Shown one piece after another: positions 53,922-61,610 of a stretch of 61,610 nt of DNA. Made by a program: the position numbers and the translations under genes. Below the pieces are notes generated by a model. The model was not told the origin of the DNA. It made no database searches and saw nothing but the letters and a program-made list of their open reading frames with translations. Numbering within the stretch: position 1 is the stretch's first letter; each line of letters opens with the position of its first letter. This DNA comes from Octopus bimaculoides (taxonomy: Eukaryota): contig NC_068987.1 in NCBI RefSeq assembly GCF_001194135.2, positions 79,122,897 through 79,184,506 on the forward strand. The letters are read 5' to 3'.

Positions 53922-54123
53922 CATTCATGAACGCTGAATGCGAGGAACCTTTTAAAATTTCCTAATCAATTTTAGTTCATATTTTCAAGATTATTTCTTG
54001 CAATATATAATAAATATAGAGTTTCTAAATGCGTTTAGCATTTGATTTATAAATCTGAGGTTTTGATATTGATCATGCTACATAACACATTTTCAGACAC
54101 AATGTTATTATGACGATTCATGC

Positions 54124-54173
<50 letters not shown>

Positions 54174-55759
54174 GTTGTTGTTGTTGTTGTTGCTTGTTAC
54201 TTTCCTCTTCTTCTTTTACGAATGCAGTGAAGTAGCAGACAAGCTAAATATGTCGAAAATACTTCCATTTCTATACACCTTCTTACGGGTTTGACTGCGC
54301 TTTTCATCCCTCCCGCGTTGTTATACCAGTAATATATTGATTTCAGAAGATTAATTGCTTGAATAATTTCAGTCTATCGACATTATTCTTTATTCACTAT
54401 TACAATGTGATCTACTACCATATTAGCATTTTGCTTGCAGTACGCCTCGCTGATGTACTTTTTCTTCAGGCTGATATGCATAAGTATCACTGCATTCAGT
54501 CTCTCTCTATGAATATGTATGCACATATACATATATACATACACACACCACAACGTCTCTTCCTTCCTTCTTTGCTTCCTTCCTTCTTTCTTTGCTTCCT
54601 TGCTTCTTTCCTTCCTTCCTGCCTTCCCAACTTCTTTCATAGAACCGCATTCCCAAATGGCCACCAAGTCCCGTCTTCTAACCACGTTTCCTCATTGTTT
54701 TCATTTTTTCTCCCATATTTTCTCATTACTTTTTTTCTCATGAAGGACTAGCATCCAAAGCGTTAAGACTGTTTCATTTCCTTTTAAGCGTTAAACCAAT
54801 GCAACATTCGTTAAAACCGGGCCCTTCCATATTGTATTCTTTACCTTATATATATATATATATATACCCGATTGATTGGCATCATTGTACCAAAGACACG
54901 TTCTAGCCTCTAGCCATCACACATATTTAATCTCTCTGCTTTTTCGATCTCTGCAGTAAAGGACTATTATCCTCGGATCTGCATTAGCTCATGCTTTCTT
55001 TAATCGGGTATCTTTACTCTTCTCAGCATCCTTATTGTAACGAAATCTGAGCACCTCATTAACCCTTTTCAGCAATGTTTTCTCCTAAAGAGACACAAAT
55101 TGTCTCTCTCTCTCCCCCCTCTCTCTCTCTCTCTCTATCTCTCTTTCCCTTCCTGCTCACTCTCTTCGTGTAGGTGTTGACTTGCAGTGGTTCAAGTCGA
55201 ATAATAAGGCCATTCATCTCAATGCTCTGGAAACACCGGCACCAAGCATACAGAGAAATTGTCATGGGTAGTGGAAAGCTAGACGTTTCAGAAAGAAACC
55301 TTCTTCAGAGTAAAATTAACAGAAAAGGAATTTAAACTAATAAAACCGAGAGTCGTAATTTACATCCTCAGTGTTTCAGGAACATAGCTACAGCCAGTTT
55401 CTCATATAAACGGAATGTTAAGTGTCATCTTTTTTTTTTAATTTCCCTTTTCCGAATCTGAAAATGCCACTGATGAAATCCGCAACATGTCTACTACTTT
55501 TATTAGTTGGCTTTACAGACAATATCAGCTTACCTCTACATCGTCTTTATTTTGCAAAAACCCCATATATTTGATTTTATTGGAATTATCTCTTGTAAAT
55601 GTTACTTCTCGATTATTAAGCATCTTTTCAAGGAAGTTTTAATTACTAGTAGAACTGACACAGCGTTTTCTTAGTTATTACACAACTTATCCAGTGTATA
55701 TCTTTGTAGTTGTAGCTGAAGTTATTTTTTGCCGTTTAGCTTCAGATGCGTCCTCATCA

Positions 55760-56030
55760 GGCAGATATGTGAGCAAAGGGATTCCTGCTATGACCATCTC
55801 GTCGTCTTCCTATAGATAAGGAACATAAGATAACATTATTTTTATAATGATGCGGTATGGCTTGAGGGAGATTTAGTTGCTATTTCTCGCAGATCGATTA
55901 ACTACATAGATGTTTCATCTTTGAAGTACATTCAAAATGTATCCCTCTCTACTCTAAAAAAACAATAGGGTATATTTTGAGAGAAATTTGGCTGCTATTT
56001 TTGAAGATCGAGCAGCCACGTAGAGATTTT
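55760..56030 (+). mobile_element. Two tandem modules of a short repeat ('gagagatttggctgctatttctagcag' family E)
   Basis: Modules at ~55866 and ~55980; related pieces at ~8198, ~8522, ~26370, ~29495(-), ~39990(-), ~60320. Confidence 0.65.
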
Positions 56031-56879
56031 GTCTCATATGTTGCAGGTAAACTCACATTGAAGTTGCAATTAATCCAATCTGCTGAATAATTAATTATTC
56101 TTTTTTTAACTTTCTGCAACTAACGAATGAGTTTTATTGTGGTTGTTGTTTTTGTTTTCTCGTGCAGTCAGCCGATAATTCAGAGCAGAATATAAAATAA
56201 CTCAAAGTTAATGAGGACATTACCTCGCTACTATTAGACATGAATAAGTCGAAACTAACAAATCTGCGTACAGCAGCTGGAAACAAACTGGTTTCTTCAC
56301 CTCAAACTCAGTTAAGGGAGGTTATGTCGTATCTCTTGATTAAAATTTTACCCTCTCTACCTACTATATTAATCCCAGGAGAATAAGGGGCGAAATCGAT
56401 CTTAAGTAAAGAGAGTGCCCTGAGGAAAGAAAAACCTTCTGTTTTACAAATGGAGTCATTGCATTCATAAATTACATACGTACATACGTGCGCGCACGCA
56501 CATGCTTAGATAAGTATGCACAATCACTCATACTCAAAACATGCGTATAGGTATACAGACATATAACATATAAACGGACGTGTGCACAGAGACAAATACA
56601 CATGCTCCTAAACCTACATACACACACACAAAAATACACACACAAACACGCACAAAAATGCGCGCGCACAAAAAAGCACGCACACAAAAAAGCACGCACA
56701 CAAACACATACACACCGAGAAACATATATACAAGCAAAAACTCGGCTGCCTCATTCACACACACGTATTAATACTTGCACGAGCACGCATGCACACACAC
56801 ACACACACATACACACACACACGTACACAATTTCTCACTCACACATACAAGAAGGGATTTTAATCTGAGAATATTACGT

Positions 56880-57300
56880 AGCCTTCTCGTAAGCACCAGC
56901 CTCCCAGCTTCAACACGCTGGAGATTAGAAGGAAATAATATGATGTATAAAAGACAAGATGTCAGACAATATCAGCTGCCATTGATGATATTTTATTTCA
57001 AATGCTCGGCGGAGAGGTTCATTGGAACAGAGCCCGTAACTACCAGTTCAGTAAGCGGAAGAACTCTACAGCTGTCCTCATTGATTTGTGACAGATTTTA
57101 GATTAGTTGGTTAGCATCAATTTCTGTCAGATGCCAACAGAATGTGTATTTTGGGTTGCTTATGTCAAGATCATGTCAAACCACTGTCACTTAATGCCGC
57201 AAAAATTGACTACGGTCTTGGACAACTCAGTCCAAACGAAGAATGCCAAAGATTGCAATCTCCAACTAACCGACTACCTGACGATCGTAAATCACTTAAT
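56880..57300 (+). mobile_element. Heavily decayed LINE reverse-transcriptase fragment
   Basis: Pieces in RT order across frames: DVRQYQLPL..FKCSAERFI (cf. NYRPISL..KxLERI), NYQFSKRKNST (cf. QFGFRKGRST), AKIDYGLGQL (cf. KLxxYGIxG), LQSPTNR (cf. IxSFLTNR). Confidence 0.5.
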
Positions 57301-57765
57301 TCTAAATATTCATGCAAACATCTTTTACTTGTAATTTCTTTATCTGCATTTTGTTTTTAGTCTTCTTTTATAATGTTTTATTTCCGTTTCGTCTCTTTCC
57401 CACCCACTCACCCACCATTTATTTATATATTTATTTATTTATTTGTTTGTTTGTTTGTTTATTGATATATTTATTTATTTGTTTCTTTATTTGTGGATCA
57501 TTTGTCGTTGTCCAAACGATTTCATTAATATTTCTGTCTCTCTTGATTTGCGTTGTAGTTAAATATTAAACAGTGCCGCTTCCTTCTGGAAATGGGAATT
57601 GATCTTTGAAAAAATTGTAAATCTTTCCAGGTTGTTCGACAAAGTAATAGAATGTCTTGGTATTTTTCAATGGCACACGCACACAAGCACACACACGCAC
57701 ATACATATATATATATTTGTGTATATATATATATATATATATATATGCTTATATATATGTATATA

Positions 57766-57889
57766 CGAGGGGGTGTATGAAGAGTTTTGATCCTTCAAGA
57801 CCTTTGAGCCTTGAAGTCTTGTACCTTCATCGGAAGTTTTCTACCATGTTTTGTTTTTTTGAAGCTCAAGACTTTTCATACACTCCTCG
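57766..57889. mobile_element. mariner-type MITE, 124 bp, TA target-site duplication
   Basis: TA|CGAGGGGGTGTATGAAGAGTTTTGA ... TCAAGACTTTTCATACACTCCTCG|TA: imperfect ~25-bp TIRs. Confidence 0.85.
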
Positions 57890-58904
57890 TATATAAAGCC
57901 CTTTATGTGCGCGCGCGTGTGTGTGTGTGCGTGCGTGTGAACACTCAAAAAGACTTGTGTGTACATATAGATTACTTTATTTAAAAGAAATAAGTGTAAA
58001 CCTGGCTTTGTGAAATAAAGATATCAAATTCACACCTCGCATATACAATACGCTCAAGCTGTTTAACCCGAGCATTTTACTGCAATCTTTATACGAAACG
58101 TATTTTCAAGCATCAAGTTAATATATCAAATGAAATGATTTGGTTTTCTTATAGTTTTAGTCTTTTTAGCTTAAGACCAACATATCTTAATTATTTAAAG
58201 ATATATCACATCTTCTGCCACCTTTTCTTTATAGATTCATATATTTATTTATTAGTTAGTTACTTTAGTTAGTTTTGCTGAATAACTTCCGGTTAAGATC
58301 TTGTTTGATGAAACCATTCTATAGAATATATTGTTGTTTGTTTCTTTTAAGTATCTTTTTTTCCTTTTTGATGCTTCAAGAATGTGCTATTGTAATATGA
58401 ATATCTTCATTCAAAGTCATTATATCATTTTTCTTGTTGTTTTAATTTAGATCCGTCATTTCTGGAAAACATTCTTAGCTTAAAGACAAATATATAAAAG
58501 CTTTATTTATTTTTTTTAGCTTTTTTTTTTGCATTCATTTCCCAGCTGTGTTATTATGTTTCATTTCCTTCCTTCCTTCTCTTTTTACCTTCATTCTCTT
58601 TCGGTCTTTCTTTCTTTCTCCCTCCTTTCTCTCTCAATCATTCTCCTTCCCTAATTCTATTCGTATCTGTAAGTCTTGCTCCATTTCTATCTATCTCCAG
58701 TAATGGTATTTTCAAGATTATACTATAAAATAGTATTCTTCATTCACAATCCACTAAACATTATTTACATTGAGTTTCGAGCTGTATAAATTACTATTTT
58801 AGTAGTAATTTCTTCACTCAGAAGTTTAGGAAAACGCATTCAGGTATTTAATAATCAAATTCTTTAGATCATTAAATAAACTATCTTGCTGCATTTGTTC
58901 CAGC

Positions 58905-58990
58905 TCTCGGCGCTCTGAGTTCAAATTCCGCCGTCGAAGACAAATTTGATTTTCATTCTTTCAGTGTGAATAAATAAGTACCAGTCAAAT
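58905..58990 (-). mobile_element. SINE family B fragment (reverse)
   Basis: ctgagttcaaattccgccg...tttcattctttc...aaataagtaccagt is the reverse complement of family B. Confidence 0.75.
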
Positions 58991-59238
58991 ATATAGGTTT
59001 ATACTTCATTGATTTGAATCAACTAAAGTCTCCCGTCTCGATGGTAGAGTTTCGTTTCACCATATAGCGCGACTCCAACCAGTGTAGCGGCCGAACCAAT
59101 TCTTGTTGACGTCTGTTCTATGTTAAATTGTAGGCATACGCCGCCACACGCCTCACTTCATCAATGAATCTTAACATCGTGCCAACTAACAGCTCATCTG
59201 AGGATAAATGGAAGCCTGCTCTCTGTCTCTCTCTCTGA

Positions 59239-59301
<63 letters not shown>

Positions 59302-59344
59302 TCTCTGTCTCTCTCTGTCTGTCTCTCTCTCTCTAACAAATAGC

Positions 59345-59815
59345 GGTATGCTATTCTCCCGTTTGTTTGTTCTTTGAAAAAATTTTGTTTCCCAACCACG
59401 TGGTTCCCGGGTTCAGTCCCTCTGTATGACACCTTGGGCAAGTGTCTTCTGCTCTAGCCTCAGGCCGATCAAATCCTTGTGAGGAGATTTGATCGACGGA
59501 AACTGAAAGACGCCCGTCGTATATATATGTGTGCATGCGTGTGTGTGCGTGTGCGTGTGTGTGTGCGTCTGTCTGTGTGTCTGTCTGTGTGTCTGTCTGT
59601 GTGTCTGTCTTTGTGTCTGTGTTTGCCCAGCCCCATCATTCCAGCACTTGGCAACCAGTGTTGGTGTGTTTGCATCCCTGTAACCAAGCGGTTCGGCAAA
59701 ATAAGTACGGAGCTTGAAAAATAAGTACAGGGGTCGATTCATTCGACTAAAAATTCAGGGCAGTGCTCCGGCATGGCCGCAGTTTAACGACTAAAACACA
59801 CAAAGATAAAAGATC
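59345..59815 (+). mobile_element. SINE family A, near full length
   Basis: caaccacgtggttcccgggttcagtccc...caccttgggcaagtgtcttct...cggaaactgaaagacgcccgtcg...ggggtcgattcattcgact...gtgctccggcatggccgc. Confidence 0.9.
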
Positions 59816-60359
59816 CTTAGTCCTTGCAACATACTTCTCCCGTGTGCTTTCTTTTACGGAAGATGACTTACATTGGATAACCACGTTTTATTAACAAAAC
59901 TAGGAAACTTTTAGTATTAATATTATTAATAAATTAGAATTATCGCTATTTAACAAATTAGTTCTAATGAAAATATCTGCAGCATCTGTGTCCTCAGTTG
60001 TATTCCTTTTCTCTTTTATCTTTTGTTTCAAATTGTGCTGTTGTTTCCAATTTTTCCTTTGGTATATAATCGATGTCTCTTGCTTGTTACTAACTTCACA
60101 TAATACTCATCTTGAGAAGCCACATGAAGTTATTAGTAAACTAACAGGTAAAGAAGGTCGATATCCAAACGCTCTGAAATCAGTTATGCAAGGTGATTAT
60201 ATATATAAAAAAAGAAGAAACAAACTTTTCAGTTATCAAATAAATCGTGGAAAAGCCCATAACAAATTGGAGTACTGAAGAAGATGTTAGAATCCATGAT
60301 CATGGGTACAAGCAAGAACGAGATCTTGTTGCATTTTCTAGCAGGGGGGATTCTGCGTT

Positions 60360-60571
60360 GTTTCTTTGCGTTTCAATGGCGTATGTGTTCCCCGGCTGGA
60401 CGGGACGCCAGTCCATCGAAGCGTTACTCATTTTTGCCAGCTGAATGGACTGGAGCAACGTGAAATAAAGTGCTTTGCTCAAGAACACAACTCGTCGCCC
60501 GGTCCAGGAATCGAAACCACAATCTTACGATCATGATGCTGACACCCCTAACCACTAAGCCACGCGCCACC
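60360..60571 (-). mobile_element. tRNA-derived SINE family D
   Basis: Minus strand ggtggcgcgTGGCTTAGTGG (A-box) ... GGTTTCGATTCC (B-box) ... ttcttgagcaa ... gatggactggcgtcccgtccag. Confidence 0.85.
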
Positions 60572-61560
60572 ACACAAAATTTATATAGGAAAGGAAATAA
60601 GTTTCTTTCACTTCAGCGATTGTTATCCATCAGCCATCAGTTATGCTTACATAATTACATATAAAAAGAAAAACGCTGGAGTCTTTATATGAACACTGAA
60701 TCTGCAAGAAATAACAGTTAGATATCCTTTAAAACACACTCACTACCGAAGAAGACATTGGACAATGTAATCGTAGATATAGAAAAATAAATAAAAAAAA
60801 AGAACAAAAAGAAAACAAGAAGATATAAAGAGTGATGGTGTTGACTGGTTTTGATCATGAGTGTGTTGGATTTTAAATGACTTGGGGCTAAACACTATCA
60901 GCAGCACGGGCAGCAGCACAATCAGCAGCAGTAACATGAATGGAACCAGGTTACTGACACTGCTCGACGACATACATTGACCTCTATTGTGAAAGCGTTC
61001 CTCGTTTCGAGATCAATGTGTGTCAGCAACATTGATTACATCTCCAATCCATTCTAAGTATCACAAGCTACATTCCTGTGTATCCAAGCATCAATATTTG
61101 GCCTATTTTACAGAGGAACTTAATTATTAGTAACAATGCGTTGGCACAATGAGGAATGTGATAAGGATATCCTTAATTTAATGTGTGCCTGTATGGCTCT
61201 GGAGTTAATATGATTGTTTCGCAACTATCTGACTCTAAGATAGAGAGCACTCTACGAGACCATGAGTGAATATCTTCCACCAAAGCCTCAGTTTGTTAAT
61301 TTGTTGATGGAATTTTGTAGACAGAAAATACAGGGAAACCTTTCGTGTATACATACACTATATGAGTAACTAGGATAAGGGCGTGAATTAATGGAATTGT
61401 ATAATACATAAGCATTAGTCCCGCCATTAATGGACATTGATACATATATATATCCTTCCTTCCGTCGACTAAACACTCGGATGTTGTTTCATACACCACT
61501 GGACACAATGCTGTTGTAGCTTTCGAATAATGCCACCACGCTGGTTGGGCGAAGAGGCCA

Positions 61561-61562
<2 letters not shown>

Positions 61563-61610
<48 letters not shown>
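61563..61610. repeat. (CT)n microsatellite
   Basis: Direct reading. Confidence 0.97.

Noticed and set aside
55174-55310. Plus-strand exon after a (CT)n tract
   Set aside because: The pyrimidine tract is a microsatellite; weak donor and unrecognised peptide
60495-60571. tRNA gene on the minus strand
   Set aside because: It is the head of SINE family D

Overview
AT-rich, microsatellite-saturated eukaryotic genomic DNA. The repeat families look like those of an Octopus draft assembly; this is inferred from my recall of the tRNA-derived octopus SINEs. There are 12 N-gaps (~3.6 kb), most flanked by simple repeats, and one Illumina adapter remnant. No protein-coding gene can be named, and almost all ORFs in the track are microsatellite or gap artefacts. 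The best-supported content is mobile DNA: at least four SINE-like families, a decayed maT/Tc1-mariner transposase with one intact TIR, a 217-bp piggyBac-type TTAA MITE, a 124-bp mariner-type MITE, two decayed LINE fragments, and three Penelope-type minimal hammerhead-like motifs. Between the repeats are short unique islands with promoter and splice signals, mostly pointing to a long-intron minus-strand gene. These are a signal-peptide-like exon (24462-24878), a 51-nt symmetric exon (22950-23000), a TATA/Inr or internal exon (29177-29270), a 12-nt microexon candidate (36252-36263), and at least five perfect CRE palindromes. That gene model is a hypothesis needing RNA-seq.
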